64,000 nt of DNA from the human T2T-CHM13v2.0 reference genome, Homo sapiens. Location of the stretch: NCBI RefSeq assembly GCF_009914755.1, contig NC_060943.1; one strand, written 5' to 3'. Below, piece by piece: positions 1 to 14,199 of this stretch. The translations under genes and the position numbers were made by a program. The notes under the pieces are model-generated. The model was given only the letters and a program-made list of their open reading frames with translations, had not been told where the DNA came from and did no database searches. How positions within the stretch are numbered: the stretch's first letter is position 1; the number at the start of each line of letters is the position of its first letter.

Positions 1-814
1 CCATAGTCACTACACTCATGAAAACTTTCATCAGAGTGAACTCTCTCATGTTTACTGAGGCTGGGGCTTTGGATAATTTCTCACATTTGCTGTACTCATA
101 AGGTTTTTCTCTGGTGTGAACTCTTTGGTGTTGAAAGAGATCAGAGTAGTAGCTGTCAAATTTAACCACTGCTCCAGATGGAAAGGCAGGGTCTCCAACT
201 CACATCTCTTAGGAGATGCACTCATAAGGCCTTTCTCCAATGTGGATTTGCTGATGCTGAGTAAATCTCACTTGCTGTTGAAAGGGTTTAATTTGCTGCA
301 CAGACTTTTCTTTAGTGTGAACTCGATGCATATTGAGAGTGGAGGCCTGTCTAAAGAATTCCCCATATTCTCTACACCCATAAGGCCTTTCCCCAGTGTG
401 GACTCTCTGTTGCTAAACAACTGTGAAATTGTGGCTGAAGGCATTTCCAAGTTGACTGCATTGGTAATGCCTTTGCATGATGAGAAAGGCTGCTGCACAT
501 GGTATGCTCTTCTGTGGCTCCCCCATGCTAAGAGTGACCTGATGCTGGAGAAAGCCTGCTGTGGCTAGAAAGTCCCCATCCTCCCTGCATTCGAAAGGCT
601 CTTCTGACGTGTGGTTGCTTCAAGTCTTCACAAGCAAGGTCCTCCCCTACTCCTTTCTGATGGACTTCTCTATATTCTCTGCATCTGTTGCTGGGGAAGG
701 TTTACACTCACTCAGAATCTTCTCCACATACCACATGTGTATGATGATTTCTGCCCTGGGTGTGTTATTTGGTATCCAGCCAGGTGCAAAGTGTCTTTCA
801 AGAGTAGACCACAT

Positions 815-1089
815 GGCCAGGTGCAGTGGCTCATGCCTGTAATCCCAGCATTTTGGGAGGCTAAGGTGGGAGAATTACTTCAGGCCAGGAGTTTGAGACC
901 AGTCTGGGCAACATGATGAGACCCTGTCTCTACAAAAAAATTAAAAAATAAGCTGGGTGTGGTAGTGTGCACCTATAGTCCCAGCTACTTGGGAGGCTGA
1001 GGTGGGAGGATTGCTTGAGCCCAAGAGGTTGAGGCTGCAGCTGTACCACTGCACTCCAGCCTTGGTGACAGAGTGGCACCCTGTGCAAG

Positions 1090-1090
<1 letters not shown>
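815..1090 (+). mobile_element. Alu (AluJ-like)
   Basis: GGCCAGGTGCAGTGGCTCATGCCTGTAATCCCAGC start, dimeric structure, J-type diagnostic GAGGATTGCTTGAGCCC. Confidence 0.9.
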
Positions 1091-1900
<810 letters not shown>

Positions 1901-3737
1901 CACACACATGGCAGGTGTAGGTTCTGGGTGGAAGGACCTGCCTGGGATTCCTGACGGGTGACACTTTTTCAACACTATGTTCACAGAGAGAGCCCTTGCT
2001 TACCTTCCAATCTATGCCAAAAAACTGAAAGCAATGAAATGCTGGTAAAATTCTTGTTAGCTTGAGTGGGAGAGAACAGCCCCATCACAAATGTCTGACC
2101 CAGGAATGAGCCTGCGGAATTGTTCGTAAGACAAAGGTGCTGAGGAAGTGGAAGGAAGCAACTGCTGCGCAGTAGTAAGACTCTCAAAGTGACAGAATAT
2201 AGGAGGCTTTAACAGTGCCGTGATCTTGCCAGAGTCAAGAATAGCAGGATGCAGTGCAGAAATGATAGAGGCAGGGTCTCCAGCTCACTTCTCCATAAGC
2301 ACCCTCCAGCAGGGCTTTGGCTGCTGGTAAAACATGAGCCCTAAGGGTGTGTCCAGGCCCAAGAAAAATGCAATTGCACCTGAGTTGCTGGTGTTCAGGG
2401 ACTATTAATGGAAATGCACATCTCACAACCCATGAATTGTAGGCTAATGTTGGAGAGCACTCCAGAGTGAGCAGTGGAGAGGGTGAGACATGGAGACCAG
2501 GATGTGGGGTGCAGCCTGGGGCCCAGTGTCAGAATAGAAATGACAAGTGGATACAGTTTCAAGAATGGGGAAGGAGTGATATGGATGAGGTATGGCCATT
2601 AGCTTTGGAACCCAAACAATGGTGAACAGGGACAGGTTACTGATATGTGAACCTAGTCCTGATGTCACACTCTCGTCTTCCTACTTCCCAAGGCCAAGGC
2701 CCCTCTAACCACCTCTTGTAATGGTTGTCATGGTGTCTGCTCTGTTCAGGCACCCAGGCCTATTCCACCATCTCCAGTTGGGCAACTAAATGGTTGCTAA
2801 GCACTAAGGGAAGCACCTTGGCAGGTGAGTGGCCAGCATTTGTTCAGAGGAACCACTCCACCACAGACTACAGGAAAGAAAATGGAAAACAAAATGAAAC
2901 AAAAAGCCTATGAGGAATGTCTTGCAGAAACAAGTCGGCAGTCCCAGCCAAATAGTGATCTTCTTAGTGCCTGTAATTCCTGGCACAGCCAGGCCCCAGG
3001 AAATGCCAGCCAAAAAAGGGGACAGAATCTGCATCCAGAATTGCCCCGGAACTGGACAATCATTTGGGAAAGAAATGACTGAGCTGGATGGGATCTACTG
3101 GGCTGGCCTCAAAACTTCCCTGCAAGGCCTTGGGGTGGCAGTTGCTGGGGCTCCTTGGGGAGGGTACTGCTCAGAGAAGTGCACAGAGGTTCAGCACCCA
3201 CAGCACATGTGCCAGGACAGCAGAGAAGTGAGAAGGGCCCATGCTCCAGCTGTGAGGAGAGAGCCGCCTCTGGGGCAAGGGGACAGGAAGAAACCAGCTC
3301 AGGTCACTAGGGAAGATGTGAAGACCTTACTCAGCAAGGCTATAAATGCAAAGCTGTCCAGCATCACATTATGGTATAGGCGTCTCTGAGCCTCGTCAAA
3401 CAGCCCCCACCTGCCTCAGGGAAAACTCAATGGCCATATCCTCAAAGGTCACACAGCCCTGCCATGATGGAGGCTATTGACTCCATGACTGTCTTCTCTC
3501 CTCAGGACCTCAGTCCATCTTCCCATACATACATCCCAAACCTACTCTCCTCCCCAACTTCCCAATTCAGAGGAGATATCAGGCACTGGTGACACTGGTG
3601 TTCACTCCCAGTTTGTACCCTGTTGATCACTGTGTCAGCCCACATTGACAACAGGCAGGCAGGCAGATAGACACCAAATGTACTCTGGGCCTGGCATGTG
3701 GGGTCTTTTAAAATGCACCTGGGATTTGTTTTAATTA

Positions 3738-4260
3738 GGTGTAGTGAGATGATGTACAGACAACTGCCATTGAAAGAAGATTTTCTTAACTTACAGTTCC
3801 CAAGATCCCAAGAAGAGGGGCCATGCCACGCCATGCAGGGCTACACAGGGAAGGATCAGGGTCAGAGAGGAGGCAGGAAGAGCAAAGAGGGAAGCAGGGG
3901 CAGGAGGTTTTATTGTGGTTTCACAGAAAGGAAGAGGCAAGGCAGGGTAGGTAAACTGAGCAGGCTAAGGATCGAGTAATCTGAATAATTTTAGTAAGCT
4001 CTGGGTTATATGGGTGCTCCTTAGTTGTCCAGTACCTGGCCCTGGAGTGATTTAGGGCAGGGGGACAGTGTCCTGGGCTGCAGGAACCTGATAAAAGCAG
4101 GCAGGTAGGAGTAGGAACTCAGACTGGTTGGCTATACATGAATGACTTACCCACAGGCAAGTGTTTATTTTCTAGGAATTAGCTGGCCCTGGGAGGGGTG
4201 GTCTCACCAGGATGAGCAAGCCCCCAATATGTCAAAGCATCAGAAAATATAGAAAATATT
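3738..4260. mobile_element. LTR element (MER21/MER77-like, subfamily uncertain)
   Basis: Starts TGTAGTGAG; resembles recalled MER21-group LTRs; sits in a ZNF intron. Confidence 0.45.
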
Positions 4261-4605
4261 TTTTAAAAAAACATCCCCTTGTGATCAATACAAGGGGCCC
4301 AACGCCATCTCCCAGTGTCAGCAAGATCGTACTTACCAGATACAAACAAAAGGGCTCAGTCTTCTTCCTTAACCTCCCAGTACCATGGGCCAGTCATTAA
4401 CTTCCTTCCCACAGGGGTAGCACTCTTCAGACTGCACCTGCCTCGTAACTCTAGGCCCCACCTGTGAAGCCCCAATTGCCGCTGCTACCCAACTCCTGGC
4501 CCACACCATGGCCATGTTCATAGGCTTTCCACAATTCCCTCTGTACATGGCATGCAAAGAGTGCTTGGCAAATGCAACCAGGAGCTCATCCTGCCCAAGA
4601 CCCCC

Positions 4606-5050
4606 TGTATTCATCTCCCAGGGTTGCTGAATTGGGTGGTTTCAAACAAAAGAAATTGATTATCTGACAGTCTAGAGCTAGAAGTCTGAAATGAAGACGT
4701 TGGTAGGGCCATGCTGTCTTCAGTAGTTCCAGGGGAGAATCCTGCCTTGCTTCTTCCAGCTTCTGGTGGTTGCTGGCAATCCCTGGCATTCCTTGGCTTG
4801 TGGATACACCCCTCCGGTCACATGGCCATCTTCTCCCTGGGTGTCTTTATGTCATCTTCTCTCTGTGTGTGTCTGTCTCAGGGTCCACATTTCCCCTTTT
4901 TATAAGTATACCAGTCATATTGGATTAAGATGCACCCTCGGGATCTCATTTTAACACGATTACCTCTATAAAGACTCTATTTCCAAATAAGATCGCATTT
5001 TAAGGTACTGAGTATTAAGACATTCACATATATTTTGGGGGGAATACAAC
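4606..5050 (-). mobile_element. MaLR LTR (MLT1-type)
   Basis: Typical MLT1 reverse-strand motifs (GAAGTCTGAAATGAAG..GGCCATGCT; GGCAATCCCTGGCATTCCTTGGCTTGTGG; CCAGTCATATTGGATTA). Confidence 0.8.
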
Positions 5051-5299
5051 TCAAAATACCTTTGATGGCTCCCACTGGCAAGGGCAGCGCCCAGTTCCGA
5101 TTTGAAGGCCTCCCAACATGGTGGTGATCCTGGCTTCAACCTCAGTCATTAATCACACACAGATGTTTGACACTTATTAATAGATCCTCTTTCTCTTCTG
5201 TGTTGTGCATTCTATTCCTTCATCACCATGGGTCACCACAAAAGCCTAGTGTGTCCAGAGACTGGTGAATAAACTCCATCCCAGATCTTACTGTAATTC

Positions 5300-6050
5300 C
5301 ACCTCCATTCTGGCTAAGCCTCAACATCCATCTCGAATCGATACCCCCTTGGAAAATGTGGCCACTTACCAGATCCTGATCTTCCCCATATGCAATCCTC
5401 ATGGCCAGTGATTTGCCGAAGCAAGATAACCAGTCCTCAGGCTCCACTCTTTCCTTTCTTTCAACATATTGGCATTGCACCATGACCAGAAAATCTCCTC
5501 TCCTAAATCTCCACACAACTCCATAGCCATCCACATACTAGATGCCACAATTTGGATTCTCATAACCCGAATCCCTCCCCAGCACACCACAACTGTATGT
5601 CTAGTTGCCTGCTCAGAACCTCTACTCAGGGGCCCCTGGACCGTCAGACTCAACATGGCCAAAACCTAACTTCTGATACTTCTGATACTGCCACTTAAAA
5701 TCTCCCCTACAACCAACTATTCCATCTCAATTGGTGGCACATCTGTCCTTTCCAGCTGCTAAGCCAAAAACCTGGGGTCACCTAACCTCCTTGTCCTTCT
5801 TACCCTTCATGTTAGAAAATCTGGTCAGCTTGACTTAAAAAATAGATGCAGAATCTAATCACTGCTTCCATATCCATTTTGGTTTAGCGAACACCACTTA
5901 CCTGGACTATTGCAGTAGCCTATTACTTGGTCACTCTGCTCCCACCGTATGCCTCTACAGCCTGCTCTCCTCTCTGCAGCCAGAGGGACCCTGTTAGGAT
6001 CTCAGTAAGATCACCTCTCTGCTCTGTTCCCAACCTTCAGGGCTCCCAGA
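5300..6050 (-). mobile_element. L2 LINE fragment
   Basis: L2 motifs (CTCAACATGGCCAAAACC, CAGAATCTAATCACTGC, CCTGGACTATTGCAGTAGCC, GCAGCCAGAGGG). Confidence 0.65.
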
Positions 6051-6385
6051 ACATTCAGAAGAGAGACCCACTCCTCACTCAGGCATTCCAGGGCTGCCTT
6101 CTGCCCCCTGCTCTCTGGTAACATCAGTGACTCCCCAGTGATGATGGAAAGGGGAAAAGTCTCAGGGAAATATTATCCTTTGTATCTCAGTGCCAAGAAC
6201 TTGAGAGTGGAGGTCTGAGCAGCTGAGGACCTAAAGGCCCTTCCACTTACCTGCACTGGATCCATCAATGCCACCATATCCAGTGAGCAACATGAACAGG
6301 GTGGGAATGTGAGAAGCGGGAGACTGGGGCAGGTCTGATGGGCTCAACCTGCTCTTCAATTTGGTCTGTGCTGTGGGGGGTGTGC

Positions 6386-7299
6386 CCTTGTCAGTAAAAC
6401 ATTGGAACAATATTTCCCAGGGCCAACTGGAATGCTGTTTGGCCATTGTCATGGAGAAACAGATACAGGTCACAACTATATTACCCAGTTATAGTTGGGT
6501 GCTCCAACTTGGGTGCTCCAAGCCTCAGACTCCACCAGTATAAAATACACGTAAGGCCCAAGATATCATGGGATGGAGTGAGGGTGCAGTGGCTCTGGAG
6601 GATCCTGGCAGAACCCCCATTTCAGGAGGATCATAGCTAATGCAAAGGGGTGGAGGTAGGTCCTAACCTCTGCACAGTCCTTCCCTGCTCAGTGCTGACA
6701 AAGATCTTCTCAACCAAACTCTAATCAGGCTCCTTTGAACTCTCTCCTCACCTAGGCCCTGATTTGGATTTCCATGTTGTCTCTACATTGTCCATTTTTA
6801 GCAAGAATCCTGCTAAGTCAGCTTACCAGAATCCCCCCTTACCTCTGACATTTCCTCTTAGTGCTTTTCCATTCATTGACCCCTCCACACCATTCCTTGG
6901 GTATGAATCCCCACTTGTTCTTGCTGCAGTTGGAGTTGAGCCCAATCTCTCTCCCACCCTAGAACACCCCGCTGCAGTGGTCCCTACATCTCTCGCAAGA
7001 GTCCCGCTGAATCAAGTCTGCCTTACTATTCTTTAACAAGCGTCATGATTTTTTTAACACCTGGGAATTGACTTGGCCCCTGTGGAGTAACCCAGCACCA
7101 CCAACTAAACATTCACAATGGTGTCTTGCAAAGCCCACAGCGCCTATGTGGGGTACAGGAAGTGCCCCTTTCCTGGGTGGAGGCACAGAGACTTGTCTGG
7201 GTAATATAGTTGTGACCTGTATCTGTTTCTCCATGACAATGGCCAAACAGCATCCCAGTTGGCCCTGGGAAATATTGTTCCAATGTCTTACTGACAAGG
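6386..7299. repeat. 103-bp inverted repeat (arms 6386-6488 and 7197-7299), 101/103 identical
   Basis: Direct base comparison; the ORF track also shows the same peptide on opposite strands (6361+/7043-, 6231-/7068+). Confidence 0.97.
6695..7060 (+). mobile_element. Solo ERV1-type LTR (MER39-like, uncertain)
   Basis: TGACAAAGA...TTTTTAACA termini; LTR-like U3/R content. Confidence 0.55.
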
Positions 7300-7534
7300 C
7301 AGGGCTTTTCTTCCTCCTAAAGGAGCCACATCTAGATTTCTGTGGCCACCCAAGCTGATGCTCCACCCTCAGAGGTTGCTAATAGGAGACTCATTCCTTG
7401 ACCTTCCTGCCTCTGAGGCCCTAGGTGCATCTCTTCAGTTCTAGGCACTCAATAACCTACATTCAAAATGAAAAATGAAGAAAATACCATGCTTTTAGGG
7501 TCTTTGTGTACTAACATTAAAGACTGTTCTAATC

Positions 7535-7680
7535 CAGTAGTTCCCAAACCTTTAACATTGGGACCACCTGATAATTTTTTAAAAATGCATGCTCCCTGGC
7601 CCCACCAAAACCTAGTGAATCAGAAACTGTGGGGCTGGGGCCCAGAGGGGAATTTTGATCCTGGCTGCAGTTTGAGAAAG
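7535..7680. mobile_element. MER5-like hAT DNA transposon relic
   Basis: CAGTAGTTCCCAAAC...GCAGTTTGAGAA termini, GAATCAGAAACT..GGGGCTGGGGCCCAG core. Confidence 0.6.
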
Positions 7681-7808
7681 GGAATGCTCATTAAAATCCA
7701 GTGAATAAAATAGGTAAAATAACACCACATACCTCATGGGAAGTAATAGAGCTTTGCACAGGACCTGGCACAAAGTCAGTACTCATGAAATGCATTACGG
7801 CTATTTTT

Positions 7809-7851
<43 letters not shown>
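7809..7851. repeat. (ATC)n microsatellite
   Basis: About 14 perfect ATC units. Confidence 0.97.
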
Positions 7852-8480
7852 CAAGACACTCACATACAATGGCTGTGAGGGGGCAAACGAAATGTCCCTT
7901 TTGCTGGGTCATTTGGGATATCTGTCAAAATATAAAACATCACTCAAATGCATCAAGCAGCCTCAGAGTTAATCACTGAAAGTTTTACAAGATAGTACAC
8001 CTTTGAATAACACTATTTGGCTCCTTTAAAAGAATTTATTTTTAAAAATAGATCATGCAGGAGGGTTTCATAAACTGTAGGATGAATTCTTATAGGCCAC
8101 AGGATTCAACGCTTGAGAACATCACAGCTAATTGCCCTCTGGCCAAAGTGGAGAGTGGAGTTGACACAATTTCAAGTATGTGATGGCAGATGACAAGTCA
8201 TTGTTAATCTCTAATACTCAGGGAATTCACCTCCCTCCAGCCTCTAGGTGCAAATATTTGACTATGAAATGGCACAGCCTGATGTTTACTGACAGAATTA
8301 TCAGGTACTGCTCTCATCAAGACTTCAACAGCCCATTACTTGAACCTGCAGTCCTCAAGTGAATACCAAATTAATTAAGTCTTAGGAAAGCCACATATCC
8401 AGGAAGAGAAAGGGGATTCCTAAGCACCTACTCAGTTTCTAGCACAACCCATCAATTTGGCCACCAGATACATACTCATT

Positions 8481-8822
8481 ACAGTCGGCCCTCTGTATCC
8501 ACAGGTTCTGCATCCATGGATTCAACCAACTGTGGATTAAAAATACTTGGAAAAAATGGTTGCCTTTGTACTGAATAAGTATACGCCTTTTTTTCTTATT
8601 ATTCCCTGAACAATACAGCATCACAACTATTTACACAGCACTTACATTGTATTGGGTATTGTAAGTAATCTAGAGATTAGTTAAAATATATGGGAGGAGT
8701 CTATGTGTAGGCTATATGCAAATTCTATGGCATTTTATATTAGGGACTTGAGCATCTGTGGATGCGGTATCTGTGCAGGATCCTGGAACCAATGTCCCAT
8801 GGATCCCAAAGGGCGACTGTGT
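8481..8822. mobile_element. MER2 (TcMar-Tigger MITE)
   Basis: TIRs CAGTCGGCCCTC...AAGGGCGACTG, GGATTCAACCAAC core. Confidence 0.85.
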
Positions 8823-9399
8823 ATGATTTCTCCTCCACACTCAATACTCTCACTTCCTCTTTTCTGTGACAATCCCATCCAGTCACTGTCTCCATCTCAG
8901 TGTTAGAATTTCGGTTCATATCCTAACCTAAGATCTGAAGGCTATGATCAAAATGGTAAGATATTTGTCACCACTCACTCCCAAAATATAATTGTGACTC
9001 AGGGACACAGTGAAAGGGACCAATTCAAACTGCTGAAGAAGTAACTGCTAACCAAAATTTCTACACATAGCAAAAGTGTTTTTGAAGAAACAGCATAAAG
9101 CAAAATGACTTCAGAGCAAAAATAAGAAATTTAATGGAAAATTAACCTGCATAAAATGAAATTCTTAAAGAAAATTCTATTTAAGGATGACAAAAAGTGA
9201 TACCAGGTGAAAGATCTGTGATGAGAGAAGAAATGTGGATCCAGAGAGAAGGCGCATCTGTGGATTAAAAAAATACTCATTATCTGTAGAAAACGTGACA
9301 AATATTCCACTGTGAAGTTAAAAAGATGGAATTATCATGTATAGCCTCGATAACATATATACTGAGATGGGATAAAATGATTAATATTCTAAGACTCTT

Positions 9400-10780
9400 T
9401 TTAAAAGTATTAACAGATAAAATTGTATATATTTGCCATGTGCAACATGATGTTTTAACATGTATAGACATTAGAATGACTAATCTAGCTAATTAATATA
9501 TTCCTACCTCACACAGTTATCATTTTGTAATGAGAACACTTTACACCCACCCTCTTAGCATTTTTTAAGAAGACTATATATTATTAACTATATTCACCAT
9601 GTTGTATAATAGATTTCTTGACAGTATTCCTGCTAACTGAAATTTTGTATCCTTTGAGCAACTTTTCCACAAAGCTCCCATCCCCTAGTGACCATTCTAC
9701 CCTTTACTCCTATGACTTTTTTAGATTCCTTATATGAGATCAGGTAAAATTTGCTTTTCTGTGCCTGGCTTATTTCACTTAACGCAGTGTCCTCTAGGCT
9801 CATCAATATGTGCCACATTTTCTTTACCCAATCATATCTCGATGAACAGTTAGGTTGTTCCCATAGCTTAGCTTTCATGAATAACATTGCAATGAACATC
9901 AGATTGCAGCTATGTCTAATGGGTTAATTTAATTTCCTTTGTGTCTATGTCCAGAAGAGGGACTACTGGATCACATGGTAATTCTATGTTTACTTTTTTG
10001 AGAAACTTCCATACTGTTTTCCATAACCGCTTTACTAATTTACATTACCACCAACAGTATGGAAGTGTTCCCTCTTATCCACCTCCTCGCCAACACGTGC
10101 TCTTTTCTCTTTTTGATAACAGCCATTCTAACAGAGGTGAGGTGATGTCTCATTGTAATTTTTATCTGCATTTCCCTAATTATTAGTGGTGTTGAGCATT
10201 TTTTCATATAGTTATTGGTCATTTGTATGTCTTCTTTAGATGCTAAATGTCTATTCAGGTCCTTCCCACATTTTTAATTGAGTTATTTGTTTTCTTGCTA
10301 TTGTTTCAGTTCATTATATATTTTGGATATTAACTCCTTATCAAATGTATAGCTTGAAAATATTCTCTCTCGATCTGTAGGTTGTCTCTTCACTCTGTTG
10401 ACTGTTTCCTATGCTGTGCAAAACCTTTTTAGTTTGATGTGGTCCCATTTGACTATTTTTGCTTTTGTTGCTTGTACTTTGGGGGTCATATCCAAAAAGT
10501 CGTGGCTCAGATCAAAGTCATGGAGCATGTCCTCTACATTTTCTTCTAGTAGTTTCACAGTTTTGTGTCTTATATTTAAGTCTTTAGTTCATTTTAAGTT
10601 TATTTTTGTATATGTTGTGAGATAAGGGTCTAAGTTCATCCCTCTGCATGTGAATAGCCATGTTTTCCAACACCATTTATTGAAGAGACTGTCCTTTTCC
10701 CATGGTGTGTTTTCAGTGCCTTTGTTAAAAATCAATTGGCTCTAAATGTGTGGGGTTTATCTCTGAGCTCTCTATTCAAT
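9400..10780 (-). mobile_element. L1 3' end (L1MA-type)
   Basis: ORF2 C-terminal remnants on minus ([29 protein letters not shown]) plus L1MA 3'UTR. Confidence 0.85.
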
Positions 10781-10789
10781 TAACGATAG

Positions 10790-12498
10790 CTTGTCACAAA
10801 AGGCTTTCTGACATGCTTTACATTCAAAGGACTTTCCTCCAGTGTCCTATGATGTACCCGCACTGTCATGATCATTGTAGCATTATTCACAAGCATCAAC
10901 CTAAGTGTCTGTCAATGGATGAATGAACACAGGAAGTACAAAGAATGAATGAATACAGGAAAAAATGAATACAAAGTGAAATGAATACAGAAAGACAATG
11001 AAATATTAATCAGCCTTAAAAAAGGGGGGAAATTCTGTCATTTGAAACAACATAGATGACCCTGGAGAATATTACACCAATTGAAATAAGTTAAGCACAG
11101 AAAGACAAACACTGTGTGATCTCATTTATATGTGGAATCAAGAGAAATTGAACTCATAGAAGTAGAGAGCGGAAGGCCTGGGGGGAGGAGGAGAGGAAGA
11201 TTAGGGAAAGATGTTGATCAATGGTGCAAAATTTCAGTTAGACAGGAGGAATACATTTTAGTAATCTATTGCACAGAACTGTGACTATAACAAACAATGT
11301 ACTGTATATCTTAAAATTGCTAAAATAGTAGATTTTAAATTTACTACAAAAATTTATATTATATATGAGGTGATAGATTTAATTAGCTTGATGTAATCCA
11401 TCCACATTGTAAATATGTATCAAAATATTATGCTGTACCCCCATAAATTCATATTATTTGTCAATTAAAAATAAAATTAAAAATAAAGAAGTTGGAGATA
11501 AAAAAGAAATGTGTTATTATTATTCATTGCAGTTAATGTTATTACATGCACAATACCAATACAAATAGCTAAGTCTTTTAGAGCCACTGTGTTTCAGGCA
11601 TTACCTTATACAGTTCCATATATTATCTAACTATACCATCAGACAATCCAATGAGATGAAAAGTATTGAAAAGTCTTATTACCACCATTTACTAAATGTA
11701 GGCTAAGTGTACAGAATGAGATAGATGTTGACCAAACCCATTTTCTCTCCTCTTTGGGTACACAGCTATACCACCTCCTGGCTCTGAGAATCCAGGTGCA
11801 GCCAAATACCCAGTTTTTGTCAACAGAGTGGCAACAGCAATGTATGGGTGCAAGTGGGCATGACTTCTCTTTCTCATTTTTCCTCTGCTGACAGATAATG
11901 CCAAGAAAGCTTTAAATTGAGCCACATGTTGACAATAGAATGTTTCTTATTCCCTGAATAACTGTGTGGTGCAGAGCTCCTTGCTAACCTGTGTGGACCT
12001 GTGTGGATCTTGAATGAGGAAAAGAAAAAGACAAAAGCCAAAAACTCTCCTTGTGCTGGGCTGCTGATATTGTAAAGTGTTTCTGTGTTACAATAGCCAG
12101 CATTAACTTAGCCAGCTTTTACACTGATGAAATCATGCAACATCTCACAAGGCTGGAGAGTGGCAATGTCAAGTATTAAGCCCAAAGACATGGAACTTAG
12201 AGTTTGATTTTAACCTAATACAACCTACTTCTCCCCCAGTAGCAGGGAAGTGTATAAGGGGGTAAGAGGATGGTCAAAGGACTGTATGGATCCCAAGTCC
12301 CCAGGGAGGTCACAACAAGAGGCTTCCCCCTTCCCAAAAAGAGGTCCCCAATTGATCTACGGAGTTCAGGGACTCCCACCTGCCCAGCTCTTGGTCACCT
12401 ACCTGGACAGGAACTTTATGAGAGGCCTCTCTTCACCACACAATAATCTTGCTCATTTTCCATCAGGTAGCTCAGTTCCAATTTTGGAAGAAGATACC
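10790..12498 (-). pseudogene. Relic of a third KRAB-ZNF (ZNF599/ZNF543/ZNF805-like): KRAB-B exon 12498-12403 and finger fragment ~10855-10790
   Basis: 96-nt ag|...|gt exon reading GYLLPKLELSYLMENEQDYCVVKRGLS*SSCP; downstream fragment TGGKSFECKACQKAFCDK. Confidence 0.75.
10860..11490 (+). mobile_element. L1 3' end (L1MA-type)
   Basis: CAACCTAAGTGTC, GCACAGAAAGACAAA, A-rich tail at ~11470. Confidence 0.8.
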
Positions 12499-13163
12499 CT
12501 GATCATGGAGAAATAGGACAGCAATATTTGGGTAAAGATAAGAATGACGCTCTGTATTCAGTATGGTGTTCAAGACAAGAGCAGGAGCCCAGAATGAGGC
12601 TGCTCCCTTCCATGCAAAGAAAATGTTGACCTGTAACCTGGAAACCAACAGCACAAAAACTATCCTTGAGCCAAGAGTCTATAGAGGGTTGTGATGACCA
12701 TCAATGTAACATTCATCCCCCTCAATCTCCATCCTACAGAATCCAACACTGTTCATGGGCAAGCCCTTCCCCCTTTAAATACAGCCATGGGACCCTGGGA
12801 AAGTGACATTTCATAACAGAAACTATTTTCTAATTAACTTAAGTCAGTGGGTCTCAACCTCCCTGAACAAAAGAACCACCTGGGGATGCCTTGATTATGG
12901 GCCAAATGGAACAAAATCCCGGGATGAAGCATGGACATGAGCAGCTTTAAAAGTTCTCCAGGTGCTCAGGGAGGATTGAAAAGTGTGGGTCTAAATTGAC
13001 TGATGCCTGACTTTCTGCTCTGTTTCTATGTTTTTGGAAAATGTTGGGAGTTCTGCTATTTTGGAGCTATGATTTTTGAGGGTGCAAGTGAGGTAAAGGG
13101 AATCTGTATAAACCAAGGAACAACTGCATCAACAATCTCAAGACTGAAATTAATCCTTGTGAG

Positions 13164-13459
13164 GGGCCAGGTGCGGTGGCTCACGCCTGTAATCCCAGCA
13201 CTTTGGGAGGCCAAAGTGGGCAGATCACGAGGTCAGGAGATCGAGACCATCCTGGCTAACACGGTGAAAACCCGTCTCTACTAAAAATACAAAAAATTAG
13301 CTGGGCGTGGTGGCGGGTGCCTGTAGTCCCAGCTACTCGGGAGGCTGAGGCAGGAGAATGGCATGAACCCAGGAGACGGAGCTTACCGTGAGCGGAGATC
13401 GCACCACTGCACTCCAGCCTGGATGACAGAGCAAGACTCTGTCTCAAAAAAAAAAAAGA
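13164..13459 (+). mobile_element. AluY
   Basis: Full-length Alu with Y diagnostics and poly(A). Confidence 0.92.
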
Positions 13460-14199
13460 TATTAATCCTCGTGCTATGAATCTCACAAACAGGATACCAA
13501 GCGAAAGACCCTGGACAAAAAGCCATGCATGCCATGTGAATCCATACACATAACCTTCAAGAAGAAGCCAATCCAATGTATGGGGATGGAAGTCAGCACA
13601 GTGACGCCTTTTGGGGGAACTGACTGGGAGATGCAGGGGGAGCCTGCTGGGGATTCAGAATGCCTGATAGCTCGATCTAGTGGAAGTTACTGTAAGTGGG
13701 GACACAGATTAAATATGAATTGAAATGAACACTTAGGACTGAACATTTTGCTGAGGTATGCCTTATGGTATACCTCAAATTAACAAGCATATTAAAACAA
13801 TAAGTCATGCTCAAAAATGTTATTGTTCTCTTTGGGCAGCAGCTTCCTAGAGGGAAGCCAATTGGGTCTAGAGTCAGCAGCTTTGGGGAAAAGCCCACAC
13901 TTCACCAGGGATGTTGTGAGGGCTAATCAGTGGAGCAGGGAGAGTGCCTGGAACAGGGCCTGGCATAGGGTCAGTGGTCAGGGGACGTTGGCTGTGACCA
14001 TTAGTATAAACCACTATTCTTTAAGTTGACACACATTTTGTTTACTTGAATTGGTTTCTTCATAAAGGGAATCTTGTATTGCTTATAAATGGGAAAACTA
14101 GTTTCACTTTTCACAAATCAGTTTCCATCAAAATACAACAATGAAATAAAAATAATGCTGTAAGTTCTGGTAAGCTTATGTGGCCCACCCTGTGCTTCT

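Noticed and set aside
116-568. 150-aa + strand ORF (also 21865-22116)
   Set aside because: Antisense shadow of decayed C2H2 finger repeats.
6446-6460. RFX X-box-like ATTGTCATGGAGAAAC in the inverted-repeat arm
   Set aside because: Imperfect spacing and consensus; cannot be supported without a motif scan.
7691-7979. Poly-Met/Ile/His ORFs
   Set aside because: (ATC)n microsatellite.
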